Source: an uncultured delta proteobacterium (GTDB lineage: Bacteria; Desulfobacterota; Binatia; UBA9968). From it: a DNA stretch of 64,000 nucleotides. The notes below the pieces were generated by a model. It worked only from the letters and a program-made list of their open reading frames with translations. It made no database searches and was not told the DNA's origin. Both the position numbers and the translations under genes were made by a program. The stretch is taken from positions 416,001-480,000 of the forward strand of contig CAVSHR010000005.1 in assembly GCA_963727625.1 (NCBI GenBank). The letters run 5' to 3'. Shown in pieces: positions 9,937 to 19,912 of the stretch. Each line of letters opens with the position of its first letter. Position 1 is the first letter of the stretch.

Positions 9937-10845
9937 TTACTTGGCCCGAACCACGAGAACCGGCTCATCGGCGTGGCGTACCACCGTCTCGGTGACGCTA
10001 CCTACCACCCACCGTTCCATTCCCGTGCGCCCGTGCGAACACATGGCAATCAAGTTATCCGGTGTCTCGCGTCCCAGAACAATGATCTCGTCACTGGCAA
10101 TACCTTCTTTGGAAACGCACGTAACCTTCTTGACCCCCAGTTTTTTGAGTTCTGCGACCTTCTTCTCTAGATACTCGTTGGCTTCATCTCGCGCGCTAGC
10201 AATTAGCTCGCTGAAGCTGACGCCCGCATAGAAGCTTTCATTATTTGCGTAAGGGGTATACGGAATATGATAAGCACGGAATAACACAACCTCCACGTCT
10301 AGTTTCTCCGCCACTCCGGCGACCATCGGTAATAGGCTTTCCGCCAGTTCCGACCCGTCCAGCGGTATGATGATCGATTTGAGGGTCGCTTCTACTGCCG
10401 ATCTCGCTGGCCGCGTCGCTCGAACTAACAGGAGCGGGTTAGCCGCACCACGCAAAACTTTCTCCGCAATGCTCCCCAATAGGAACCGATTGAGCCCTGA
10501 ACGGCCATGGGTAGCCATCGTGATAAGGATTTCCCTATCAGTTTTCCCTTTTTCAATGATAACTTCTTCAGCTCTGCCTTTTTCAACCGTGCACTTCACC
10601 TCGGCTCCAGGAAATGTCTTGGCAACCTCACTTAGGTAGTTTTCACTGCTGCGTACACCATTCTCGATCATAGTTTCGACAAAACGAGCTTTATCTGCGG
10701 AAATGTGAGTTACCATTTCAGCGATATCAACGACCGCTAACAATTGAACCGGGATCTTGAATTTTGCTACGAAGTAGCGAGCGCACGGCAACACCTTTTC
10801 GGCGGTGTTGGACCCGTCCAATGGTATTAAAATCTGTGTATACAT
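9937..10845 (-). CDS. Universal stress protein (tandem USP domains)
   Basis: Two ILIPLDGS ... MATHGRSG / MCSHGRTG ... GSV repeats; GAGGAGG RBS. Confidence 0.93.
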   Translation of the reverse strand: MYTQILIPLDGSNTAEKVLPCARYFVAKFKIPVQLLAVVDIAEMVTHISADKARFVETMIENGVRSSENYLSEVAKTFPGAEVKCTVEKGRAEEVIIEKGKTDREILITMATHGRSGLNRFLLGSIAEKVLRGAANPLLLVRATRPARSAVEATLKSIIIPLDGSELAESLLPMVAGVAEKLDVEVVLFRAYHIPYTPYANNESFYAGVSFSELIASARDEANEYLEKKVAELKKLGVKKVTCVSKEGIASDEIIVLGRETPDNLIAMCSHGRTGMERWVVGSVTETVVRHADEPVLVVRAK

Positions 10846-11099
10846 ACGTCCTCCTCGCTGCCCGGTTGTTATTAGGCCACGCCCCGCGGCCTGTTAAGTT
10901 GAGTTGTGTCGGAATCGTTCACCCTGTATGCGAAAACCCGGCCTCGAGAGGTCTCGATCGCGCACCACAGTTTCAAGAACCTTAGTCGTGAATTACCTTC
11001 TACCGAGATGGTGCGGGCAGCCCGGTTATTTATCGAGGCTGCTTTCTGAGAATTCGTTCAGCAACCCGAGACGCTACACGCTAGACCCAAGACTATTTG

Positions 11100-12083
11100 C
11101 TATTTCCCCCAAAGTTTCTTCACGAACCCCTCTTCCTCCAGCCGTTTTAAATAACGGTCATTGACGTAATTCCTTGCGTCGATGCCTTTGGCCTTGGGAT
11201 TACCTTCGGCGATCTGGTCGACCACGGCTTGCATCGCTGAAACGGATGGATGCGGTACCGGTTCGAGTTGTTTGACGAAGTAGTCGTAGCCTTCCGCCAC
11301 CGACTTGAGATTATTGACCCGGGTGAATTGCGCCAGGGCTTTGATCGAATAATCGCGCTCGGTCTTGAGGACTTTGATCGCTTCGAGATAGGCACGCAGG
11401 AAATTCATCACCTTGGCTTCCTGTTTGTCCAAGAACCGTTTGCTGCCAAGCAGTCCGGTATTGAAGAACGGTATATTCATCTTGACCGAATCCGCCAGGA
11501 CAAAAAGCTTGAGCCGCTCGGCCTCGATACCGAAGGGCGCGTTGGCCACCGTGCCGTCGATGTTGCCCGACTTGATCGCCGCGATGCGCGATGGCTCGTC
11601 ACCGATCTGCAAGATGCTCGCCTCTTTGACAGGATCGACGCCGAGGCGCTTGAGCATGGCGCGCATGCCGAAGTCGGCGGAAGAGCCGTAGCGGCTGACG
11701 CCGAATTTCTTGCCTTTCAATTGTTCCACCCTTTTGATCTCGGGACGGGTGATCAATTGGTAGTTGAGTTTGTCGAGCAGCCCGGCGAAATAGACGATAT
11801 CGGCGCCTTGGAGATTGGCCGCCACGCCCGGCGCACCGCTCAGCTGCGACAGGTCGAGGTTGCCGGAGATCAGCACGTGGATGTTGGTTGAGCCGCCGGG
11901 AATATAAATCGTCTCGACGTCCAGGCCGTATTTGGCGAAGAAGCCGCGGTCCTTGGCGATATGCATGAGGCCCGACTGTAAACTGACCGAACCCTGGCCA
12001 ACGCGCAGTTTATCCTGCGCCTCGGCATGGCCGGCCAAACAAAAAACAACTATTAAAGAGAGGATAAAATTAATGTTCTTCAT
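11100..12083 (-). CDS. ABC substrate-binding protein (NMT1/THI5/SsuA family)
   Basis: Signal peptide AEA, RGFFAKYGLD, QLKGKKFGVSRYGSSAD, YLKRLEEEGF. Confidence 0.9.
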   Translation of the reverse strand: MKNINFILSLIVVFCLAGHAEAQDKLRVGQGSVSLQSGLMHIAKDRGFFAKYGLDVETIYIPGGSTNIHVLISGNLDLSQLSGAPGVAANLQGADIVYFAGLLDKLNYQLITRPEIKRVEQLKGKKFGVSRYGSSADFGMRAMLKRLGVDPVKEASILQIGDEPSRIAAIKSGNIDGTVANAPFGIEAERLKLFVLADSVKMNIPFFNTGLLGSKRFLDKQEAKVMNFLRAYLEAIKVLKTERDYSIKALAQFTRVNNLKSVAEGYDYFVKQLEPVPHPSVSAMQAVVDQIAEGNPKAKGIDARNYVNDRYLKRLEEEGFVKKLWGK

Positions 12084-12221
12084 AGCGCCCTAGTAGCACA
12101 TCAGCCTCGCGCGCGGCAATGGCAATTCGCCGGCGCGGCGGGAATTTATGCAAGGTGGGACGTTGATCGATTCAGCTCAGTGTGCAATGTTCGACGGGAT
12201 CGCTACACTAAGGAGGCAGTT

Positions 12222-12428
12222 ATGGCTGATGTTACGGCGAAAGCCCTCAAAAACGGACCCTACGAAGTCGCCGGCGGCGCCATGGTGCAGGACCATACGG
12301 GTAGGGAATATGGGGAGAGCGCCATCGATCCGCTCTACCTAGGCCGCTGCGGCGCATCGAAAAACAAACCCTTCTGCGACGGCAGCCACGAGAACATCGG
12401 GTTCAAAGCCGAAGAGACGGCGAAATAA
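12222..12428 (+). CDS. CDGSH iron-sulfur domain protein (first Cys replaced by Gly)
   Basis: AGGAGG RBS; KNGPY ... LGRCGASKNKPFCDGSH. Confidence 0.85.
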   Translation: MADVTAKALKNGPYEVAGGAMVQDHTGREYGESAIDPLYLGRCGASKNKPFCDGSHENIGFKAEETAK

Positions 12429-12444
12429 AGAAAATCTTTCAAAC

Positions 12445-12502
12445 CAATACTCCAGCACTCCCGCGGGGCGGGGGACCCGAAGGCTCTCGTCATGGAGTGT
12501 TG
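12445..12502. repeat. REP-like inverted repeat CAATACTCCA ... TGGAGTGTTG
   Basis: 10-bp arms with one G-T pair, immediately downstream of the CDGSH gene. Confidence 0.45.
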
Positions 12503-12555
12503 CGCAAGCGCCAGAGCAGGCTCAAATCAATCTACGTTGCGGGAAGGAGAAACCC

Positions 12556-13284
12556 ATGCAGGGAAAAATTGTCATCGTTACCGGCGGCGCCAAGGGAATC
12601 GGCCGTCACGCCGCCCTCACGCTTGCGAAGGCGGGCGCGAAAGTCGTGCTCGCCGACACCGACGTCGAGCGCATGCACAAGGCGCTCAGCGAGATCCGGC
12701 AGATCACCGATCAAGCCGTCGCCGTGCCCACGGACGTGCGCGATGAAAAAGACGTGCGCCGTCTGATGCACGAGGCGATGGATCGTTTCGGCCAGATCGA
12801 CGCCTTGATCAACGACGCCGGCATCGTACCCCATTTCAACTGGGGCGTCCCGCGCTGGCCGCGCGTGCGCTTCTTGAGCAAAGATTTCTGGGACAGCGTC
12901 ATTCAGACCAACTTAGGCGGAACATTTCTTTGCACCAAGTACGTCGTGCCGTTCATGGAAGAGCGCCGCTCGGGAAATATCGTCAATCTGTGGGGCGGCG
13001 GGCGGGCGGAAAATCACGGCGCGTCGCCCTACGTCGTCAGCAAGGATGCCATCCGGACCTTTACCCGCTTCGTCGCCGAAGAAGAGCGCGAGTGGAACGT
13101 CTGCGTCGTCGCCTTCAGCCCGAAACAAGCGATCGCCACCGAAGACGCGCCCGCAGAAGCGCGCCAGCGCTTGCCCGGGCCGGAAAGTCTCGGGAACGGC
13201 TTCGTGCTTGCGGCGCAAGCGGGCATGGAGATGACCGGCAAGACCGTCGAACACCGCGACGGCAAGTTGGTGGCGGCGGATTAG
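12556..13284 (+). CDS. Short-chain dehydrogenase/reductase
   Basis: VTGGAKGIG, LINDAG, YVVSK (YxxxK). Confidence 0.92.
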   Translation: MQGKIVIVTGGAKGIGRHAALTLAKAGAKVVLADTDVERMHKALSEIRQITDQAVAVPTDVRDEKDVRRLMHEAMDRFGQIDALINDAGIVPHFNWGVPRWPRVRFLSKDFWDSVIQTNLGGTFLCTKYVVPFMEERRSGNIVNLWGGGRAENHGASPYVVSKDAIRTFTRFVAEEEREWNVCVVAFSPKQAIATEDAPAEARQRLPGPESLGNGFVLAAQAGMEMTGKTVEHRDGKLVAAD

Positions 13285-13310
13285 CGACGTCCAGATCCGA
13301 ACCCAAAACC

Positions 13311-13390
13311 TTCACCGCGAAAGCGCTGAGGACGCGAAGAAACGTCGTTGGCCAAATCCTCCGTGAACTCTGCGGCTCGGCCGTGATGAA
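13311..13390. repeat. Degenerate palindromic intergenic element (CACCGCG...GCGAAG / CTCTGCG...CGTG)
   Basis: Imperfect inverted arms after the SDR stop; resembles dispersed REP-like palindromes. Confidence 0.35.
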
Positions 13391-13581
13391 TCCGGACTGA
13401 AATTTGAACGGTTCTGCCCCACAAAACGATTAGGAGGTCATCATGGGAGCGCCGTGTTGAAGAACCACGACCTCCAAATCGAAGACGTTTAATGCCTGCT
13501 CCGCCTCCTCGACAATCCGGTTAAATTCCGTTTGACCAAAGTCCGCCTGTTCTGTAAATTCTACGATCCAGGAGGTGATCT

Positions 13582-13998
13582 ATGATTGCGATAATCGACC
13601 AAATGAAGGATCTTGTTAATAACGCCTTGGCCAACGGATGTCCCTGTATTCTCGCCACGGTTTCCGGCGACGGCGAGCCGGACATCGGCTACAAGGGCAG
13701 CATGATGGTGTTCGACGACAGTTCCCTGGCCTACTGGGAACGCACCAAGCGCCAGCACATGAAAAACGTCAAAGAGAACTCCAAGGTTGTCGTGCTATTC
13801 CGCGACACCAAATCCAAAGCCGCCTGGCGCTTTCACGGCAAGGCGACCCTGCACGAGGATGGGGCGATCCGCGAGCAAGTGATGGCCCGCACGGTGAAGG
13901 AAGAGCTCGACAAGGACCCCGAACGCAAAGGCGCCGCGGTGGTGATTAGCCTCGATAAAATTACCAATATGGGCGGCCAGGTTTTGCAGAGCCGCTAG
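13582..13998 (+). CDS. Pyridoxamine 5'-phosphate oxidase-like (split barrel) flavin-binding protein
   Basis: AGGAGG RBS; ILATVSGDGEPDIGYKGS, AYWER, NVKENSKV. Confidence 0.85.
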   Translation: MIAIIDQMKDLVNNALANGCPCILATVSGDGEPDIGYKGSMMVFDDSSLAYWERTKRQHMKNVKENSKVVVLFRDTKSKAAWRFHGKATLHEDGAIREQVMARTVKEELDKDPERKGAAVVISLDKITNMGGQVLQSR

Positions 13999-14051
13999 TC
14001 CAGGTACCTCTTCGCCGCTGGAACTTCGTTTCAATCAATCCGCGCTCACGG

Positions 14052-14082
14052 CTTCATGCTCGTCACACCGGCGAGCATGAAG
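14052..14082. terminator. Hairpin between convergent genes (probable bidirectional terminator)
   Basis: CTTCATGCTCG-N9-CGAGCATGAAG, perfect 11-bp stem. Confidence 0.6.
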
Positions 14083-15168
14083 TCACGCCGCCTTGAACAC
14101 TTCTCCCATCCGGCTCTGCACGCCTCGTTTCGCTAGTTCGGCTTCGAACATGGCGCGAACACGCGGGTCTTCGTCCTCGTATTCGATCTGGTCACCGCCC
14201 AGTTTGACGCTTTCGGAGGTTCCCCACTGCTTGCGCAAACCGGGAAACTTGCGGCTGCTGAACGGCTTGAGAGCGAGATAACGCGCCGGATCGCCGCCGA
14301 CGTTGAAATGTTGGTGGAACCAGCGCTCGGGCGGCACGAGCAAGCTGCCGGCGCGCCAGTCGTAGCGTTTGATTTCTTCGCCCTCGCGCCACACCATCGA
14401 GAACCCCTCTCCCTTGAGGATAATCACATGGGCGCCGGCCCCGTGGCGGTGCGCCTTTTTATAAGTTCCCACCGGGAACTGGGAAATATGCGCCGACATG
14501 ACGTTGTTCGACATCTCGATCATCAGCATCCTGCCGCCGGCGCCACGGTCCTTTCTTTCCGGCAGCTCGTAGCTGCGCACGTCGCGAATAAAGTTCGTAT
14601 CGTGAAACCCTTCACCGGGAATCTTTGCTTGGCCGTTGAAAAAGTCTTCTTCTCCGGCGTAACGGTCGGTAAAACGATAATCGCAGTTAAAGACGAAGTC
14701 CCTATTGTGATAAAGGTTCAGCACGGTGGGCGCGTTGGTCATCGCCAAGAGCCGTACCGGTTTGTCGCCCTGGCCATTGAAATGCTGGTAACGGGCGTTG
14801 AGCGGCGGCGAAAAGAGCGCGCCCTCGCCCCATTCGAAAGTTTGCTTCTTGCCGCCGTCCTGCCATATCGTCGTCGCGCCGCGGCCGCTGACGACGTAGA
14901 TCAAGGCTTCGAACATGTGGTTTTGCGGCTCGAGGGATTTCCCCGGTGCGATCTCGGCAATATAACAGTCGTTGATGCCTTCGGAACCTTCCAGATTGAG
15001 ATAAACGCCGCGCCCGCCGGTGCGCGCCCAAGGGTGAAGCTCCACAGCATTGATGTCTTCGATGTGAAAGCCGCGCAACGCCGGCACGCCCTCTTTTTCC
15101 AGGAAGATTTCGTAACTGGTCTTGGCGCCCAGCTCATTGCCGGCGCGTTTGAGATTGGTTGCAACCAT
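14083..15168 (-). CDS. Bicupin protein (gentisate dioxygenase-like)
   Basis: Two cupin motifs: QNHMFEALIYVVSGRG...YQHFN and KAHRHGAG...ILKGEG...WFHQHFN. Confidence 0.85.
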   Translation of the reverse strand: MVATNLKRAGNELGAKTSYEIFLEKEGVPALRGFHIEDINAVELHPWARTGGRGVYLNLEGSEGINDCYIAEIAPGKSLEPQNHMFEALIYVVSGRGATTIWQDGGKKQTFEWGEGALFSPPLNARYQHFNGQGDKPVRLLAMTNAPTVLNLYHNRDFVFNCDYRFTDRYAGEEDFFNGQAKIPGEGFHDTNFIRDVRSYELPERKDRGAGGRMLMIEMSNNVMSAHISQFPVGTYKKAHRHGAGAHVIILKGEGFSMVWREGEEIKRYDWRAGSLLVPPERWFHQHFNVGGDPARYLALKPFSSRKFPGLRKQWGTSESVKLGGDQIEYEDEDPRVRAMFEAELAKRGVQSRMGEVFKAA

Positions 15169-15580
15169 GAATTGTCTTGCCTTCCTAAACGATTTGAATT
15201 TGCGCTATGTGAAGTCGTACTGCGCTTTTAATACGACGGCTCGCCTGAGGTCAAGGCAAGCCGTCGATTGGCCCGTCCCACCTTTTCGACGCTCTACTCG
15301 CGCGGCTCGTTTTCGCTCCTGGACACCGGGGAGCAGCCCCGCAGCGAGGCAGCTAACTTACGCCAACAAAAGATTTTTGTTGACCTTTTTCCGTTTTTGA
15401 GTAACCTAGTAAAAATGATTCAACGGTTATATTCATCCCCTTCTCAAGATTTTGACCGATTGCAGCAATTGGGTTGGGGTTGTCACCTTCAAAGCCAAAC
15501 GGACAGACAATCAGTCGTTTTTTTCTTTCCTGCATAGGCCTGATTTCACCCACGTGAAACTCTTTGAGCTTTTAAAGTTT

Positions 15581-16147
15581 ATGATGGAACAAACCGCTGA
15601 GTTTTATGCGCGCGCTTTAAGAGTCATCGGTCAAGATCTCGCTGACCTGCTGCCGGAAAATTTGGCCATCGAACTGCGCGGCGATGAATTCGTCGTCAAC
15701 GGCTTCTGCACCAAGAGCCGAATGGAGGAGATCGAGTCGACAGCGTCCCGTGCCGGGATAAAAAAATTTATAGATAAAGTCGCCGACGCGCTGATCAGGC
15801 CGCCGAATCGCGAGCCCGACTTGGAATTCGTCCCCTTCAGTCGAACTTACAGCGCCGGCGACATCGATCGCCTGGAAACCCAGGCCACGAATCAGCGGGA
15901 TGGTTACGGCGGCATGCCCGATATTTACAGCCTTGGCGAGCGGCTGCGCACCATCGGCAAAGTCATCGACGGGCAGAACGGCCGCATCGTCAGACTCTTC
16001 AAGGATCTCCATCAGATCGTTTTCGAATACCAGGAAGGCGACGGCAATGCGCGCAAAGAAGCGCTGAACAACACAGAAATTTATCAGCTACAGCAGCGCT
16101 ACGCGGCGGAGCGCAGCGGATCGAGTGGCGACAAGCCCGGCCAATGA
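15581..16147 (+). CDS. Hypothetical protein, paralog 1 of a tandem pair with an internal LRxIG repeat
   Basis: YARALRVIGQDL ... RTYSAGDIDRLE ... PDIYSLGERLRTIGKVID; aligns with 16292-16882. Confidence 0.8.
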   Translation: MMEQTAEFYARALRVIGQDLADLLPENLAIELRGDEFVVNGFCTKSRMEEIESTASRAGIKKFIDKVADALIRPPNREPDLEFVPFSRTYSAGDIDRLETQATNQRDGYGGMPDIYSLGERLRTIGKVIDGQNGRIVRLFKDLHQIVFEYQEGDGNARKEALNNTEIYQLQQRYAAERSGSSGDKPGQ

Positions 16148-16291
16148 ACGGCCGTTGCCTGCCCGTGTAGTTAGCGAAGCGTTAAACCGAAGATCCTTCC
16201 TGGACCTCGCTCCGTCAAGCACCGACACAAATTGAATAGCAAAATTTCTGATGAAATTTTAGCCCGTGGGTGTTACTCTGGGTGACAATTT

Positions 16292-16882
16292 TTGGAGTTT
16301 TCCAAGGTGGAGTCGAACCCGACGGCCAATTATTATGCCCGGGTCCTGCGCGCGATTGGCCAAGACCTTTCCGCACTATTCCCGGTTCAGCTCGAAATCG
16401 AGCAGCAGGGACGCAGCTTCGTCGCCCACGTGCGCTGCGACCGCAAGAGGGCAGGGGTTAAAACCGCGCCTGAGCCGCAAAAATCGGGTTTCGGAGGAAT
16501 CATTCACAAGCTCGCGACCTACCGCTTGGATAAAGCACCAGAGAAATCCGACCTGGCGAATGTAACCCGCAACTACACTCCCAACGATATTAGCCGCATC
16601 GACGAGGCCGGGCTCCATAGGCGCATCCAACTCGGCAAGATCCCTGATATACACAACCTTGGCGAAGCGTTGCGCACCATCGGCAGAATCATCGACGCAG
16701 AGGATGGCCAGCTGACGCGGATTTTCAAGGATCAGCGCCGGGTGGTTTTTGAGTACGTCGCCATGGGCGGCGGGACGCGCAAAGTCGAAATGACGCTTAC
16801 GGAACTATACAAAGCGCAACAGAGTTATTATCAGGCCCGCTCCAGCACCCAAAGCCTCGACCTCTGGAAAGGCAAGAAGTAA
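16292..16882 (+). CDS. Hypothetical protein, paralog 2 of the tandem pair
   Basis: YARVLRAIGQDL ... RNYTPNDISRID ... PDIHNLGEALRTIGRIID; start codon uncertain (TTG). Confidence 0.8.
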   Translation: MEFSKVESNPTANYYARVLRAIGQDLSALFPVQLEIEQQGRSFVAHVRCDRKRAGVKTAPEPQKSGFGGIIHKLATYRLDKAPEKSDLANVTRNYTPNDISRIDEAGLHRRIQLGKIPDIHNLGEALRTIGRIIDAEDGQLTRIFKDQRRVVFEYVAMGGGTRKVEMTLTELYKAQQSYYQARSSTQSLDLWKGKK

Positions 16883-16974
16883 ATCCAAAGTAATTCCGGC
16901 GCGGTTTATAAAACTATACCAATCCACTTTGCCAGAACGCTCCGACTCCGCGGCGTTCGTAGCAATCGCCCGTT

Positions 16975-17059
16975 TTGCGGAATGTGCCACGCTTCCAGCG
17001 CTTCGCCGGATACAACCGCGTTCGTCGAGGGTTGGCCGCTCTACGCCGAGAGTATCGGC
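16975..17059 (+). pseudogene. Short relic of a DUF885-family gene
   Basis: LRNVPRFQRFAGY, 1-nt shift, TAFVEGWPLYAESIG; matches the DUF885 motif (TAYVEGWALYAE) as recalled. Confidence 0.55.
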
Positions 17060-17242
17060 GCTAAATTGACCGCCTGGACCGAAAACCTGTCGCGCCGAGG
17101 GCTGCTTCACCGCCTTGCGTCGATGATGAATTCGCGCGACCGGCGCGTTACAATAGCCTCTATTGACATGCGCGCCGCAGGCCTCATTGTAGAAAATCAC
17201 CTAGCCAGTCTGAAAACACGCCATCTTGCACCGGCTCGCAGG

Positions 17243-18130
17243 ATGACCGGACACGAGCACCGCCTGGTCCATCCCAACCGGGGATTGATCAAGCTCGCCG
17301 AGCGTTACGCCGACATTTTTGTTTCCCGTTTTGTCTATCCGTTGATCGGCCCAATCTGGAACCCCTACAGTTGGCTGCTTGAACGACGTTTCACTGTCGC
17401 CCAAACGACGCTCGCGCCGGTGGGATGGCCGAACGGGGCGGCCCCTTTGCGCGTGCTCCTCATCACCGATATTCACGCCGGGATTTTTTTGCACCGGGAA
17501 ACGCTTTGGCGCATCGTTCAAGCTTTGATGGGGATGAAGCCCGATGTGGTCATCATCGGCGGCGATTTGGTCACGGGTCACGTGAGCGAAGCGACTCGCT
17601 ATCTCGATATTTTGGCGGCGCTTAACGCCGCGCCGCTGGGCGCCTGGTTTTGTTTCGGCAATCATGACTACTTTGGCGGAGATCCCGGCGAATTGCGCGA
17701 AAACCTCGCCGCCGTCGGCATCAAAACTTTAACGAACGAAAGCACCGTCCTTAAACATCGCGCCACGTCAATCATTCTCGGCGGTATCGACGATCAGTTG
17801 ATGGGCCAGCCTGACTGGCAACAGCTGATTTCGAGTCACGGCCCGCCCCATCTGCTGATAGCGCATAACCCGGACCACTTCTACGAAGCTGAAGCTCATG
17901 GCGTGCCGCTGACGTTATCGGGACATACTCACGGCGGGCAGATTCGTTTTCCCAACGGCCCTGCGCTGATTCGCCAAAGTCGTTACTGTCTCGATGAAGG
18001 CGTGTACGCTTACCGTTCTGCGTTGCTGCTGGTCTCGCGCGGCTTGGGCAGCGTCGTCTTGCCGATTCGCTGGGGCGCTGATCCCGAAGCGGTGATGGTG
18101 GAAATTACCGCGCCACCCGGACTCCGATAA
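17243..18130 (+). CDS. Metallophosphoesterase (YkuE/YaeI-like)
   Basis: TDIH, GGD, GNHD, AHNPD, SGHTHGGQ; start uncertain, moved past the DUF885 relic. Confidence 0.88.
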   Translation: MTGHEHRLVHPNRGLIKLAERYADIFVSRFVYPLIGPIWNPYSWLLERRFTVAQTTLAPVGWPNGAAPLRVLLITDIHAGIFLHRETLWRIVQALMGMKPDVVIIGGDLVTGHVSEATRYLDILAALNAAPLGAWFCFGNHDYFGGDPGELRENLAAVGIKTLTNESTVLKHRATSIILGGIDDQLMGQPDWQQLISSHGPPHLLIAHNPDHFYEAEAHGVPLTLSGHTHGGQIRFPNGPALIRQSRYCLDEGVYAYRSALLLVSRGLGSVVLPIRWGADPEAVMVEITAPPGLR

Positions 18131-18145
18131 AGCAAACTCGCGGCT

Positions 18146-19101
18146 TTATCGCCGATAGATCGTCCCCCGCTCACCGCGCGACGGGTTGACCGGATCAAAA
18201 AGCGGCTGGCGCGAGCCGACGCCGCGAATATTCGTCAAGACGATGAATTCGCCTGCGTCCGCCTGCGATCTTGGCAGCGCATCCAAAAATGAAAACGGGT
18301 CGATGACGTGGATCTGCATTAACGACCACTCCAGCGACTCCTCTTTACGGGCGCGATAAATGAAGAGCAGCATCTCCTTGAAACGCTCGTCGATCGGATG
18401 GGAGCGCACGAGCTCTTCATGCATCCAGAACGGCGGCGCATCCGCACGCACGTAGCTCGACGGCGACGCGCTTTTGAGCGCCGCCGGATCGTGGCCGAAG
18501 GTTTTCCCGGTTGCCGTCTTTTGATTCCTCGTTATCCCCCCAAGTGGGGAGGAAATCGTAGAAACCGCTGATCGATATCACCCCGCACGCGCCTTAGGCG
18601 ACAAGCGTTGCCGTTCGAGATCACTTCGGTCGAACGCCACCAACGACGCCAACTGGCCGCCTGCCGAATGGCCGGCGAGAAATACTCGCTTGGCGACGAA
18701 TCCATACTTTTGCGAGTTTTTGACCAGTTGAGCTACCGCCGCCGCAACATCCTCGGCCTGCGTGGGATGGCGGTGCCCACGCGCCAAACGATAGCGCAGA
18801 AGCGCCACCGCAACACCGTCTTGACCCAAATTCTCCGCGATCGACGGTCCGATGCGATAACCGTCGTCGGGCAAGTGCCAAAAACCGCCGTGAACAAAAA
18901 TCAGCAAAGCCGGCTTGGCGCCGGACTCCGCCGGCAGGTACAGATCGAAACTACGGCGCCGCTCTCCCTTGGCCGCACCGCCATAGGGTACTTCTTTAAT
19001 GACCACCGGGCGGCTTGAGCGCCGGACGCCGCCTCTCCCATCAACGCCATGACGCCGGCAAGTAACGACAATAAAATTACCAGATGCCGGATCGACAGCA
19101 T
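18146..19101 (-). pseudogene. Fragmented secreted alpha/beta hydrolase (HSL/arylformamidase-like)
   Basis: Signal peptide (19101), FVHGGFW and AGHSAGG (18578-19006), ASPSSYVRADAPPF (near 18450) lie in separate, disrupted segments. Confidence 0.75.
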
Positions 19102-19319
19102 GGGGAAAAATCGCTTGCGGCCGTTACACTCGCGTCGGCAACCGCAAAGATTAAAAGCAGGAGATTGCCCGGCTATTTTTTAAATATAGCGTCGCTTCGT
19201 GCCAAGGTCTAGGCAGCGGATGTTTTGTAAACGGTCGCAGTGGAGAAAATTCTCGGTGCTTGCTGGCTCATCCGGTTTCTCCGCGCCGCGCAGCGCCGAG
19301 AAAAAAATCCCGGCGGCGC

Positions 19320-19782
19320 AAAAGACGATGGCCGCCTTCGCCGCGGCATAGTCGACATACCCGTCGGATGATCCGAGCTGGGATGCGACCGAAGAGACAT
19401 TGACAATCGCACCGCCTCGCGCGCGCACAGGAACGCGCCGGTGACGTTTACCGCAAAGACCCGACTTAATCGCGCCGCATTCACATTCTCAACTCGCGTC
19501 TGCTGTTCTACGATTCCGGCATTGTTCACCCAGCGCCGTGACCGGACCGAGCACGTCATCGACAGTTTGGAACAGGTGAACCACGTCGGCCTCGATACTG
19601 ACATCCGCCGCCACCGCAATCGCCGTCCCGCCGGATCGAACAATGGCCTCGACTCCGGAATCCGCCGCGGCGCGATGGCCACGATAATTGACGCACACGG
19701 CATAACCCCGCGCGGCGGCAAGCCCAGCCGTAGCGGCGCCGATCCCGCGGCTGCCGCCGGCGATCACTAGAATTTTATTCAT
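19320..19782 (-). pseudogene. Frameshifted SDR oxidoreductase
   Basis: IAGGSRGIG, VNNAG, GGAIVNVSS ... YAAAK distributed over three frames; C-terminus missing. Confidence 0.85.
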
Positions 19783-19912
19783 GGTCGCTTCAGTGATCAC
19801 ATTTTACGGTGTACCCATCATGGAAGGGGTTACAGATCGGTCAAATTTCTTATTCTGCGTTTTGATCCCCTAATATCGAAACGGGCGACGGACCAAGAAC
19901 TGACCACGATCG

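Noticed and set aside
13432-13500. AGGAGG-ATG mini-ORF (MGAPC*) or DUF433 relic
   Set aside because: Similarity limited to two very short segments; could be chance
16982-17242. N-terminal extension of the metallophosphoesterase
   Set aside because: Made partly of the DUF885 relic and intergenic DNA; a later ATG fits the family size
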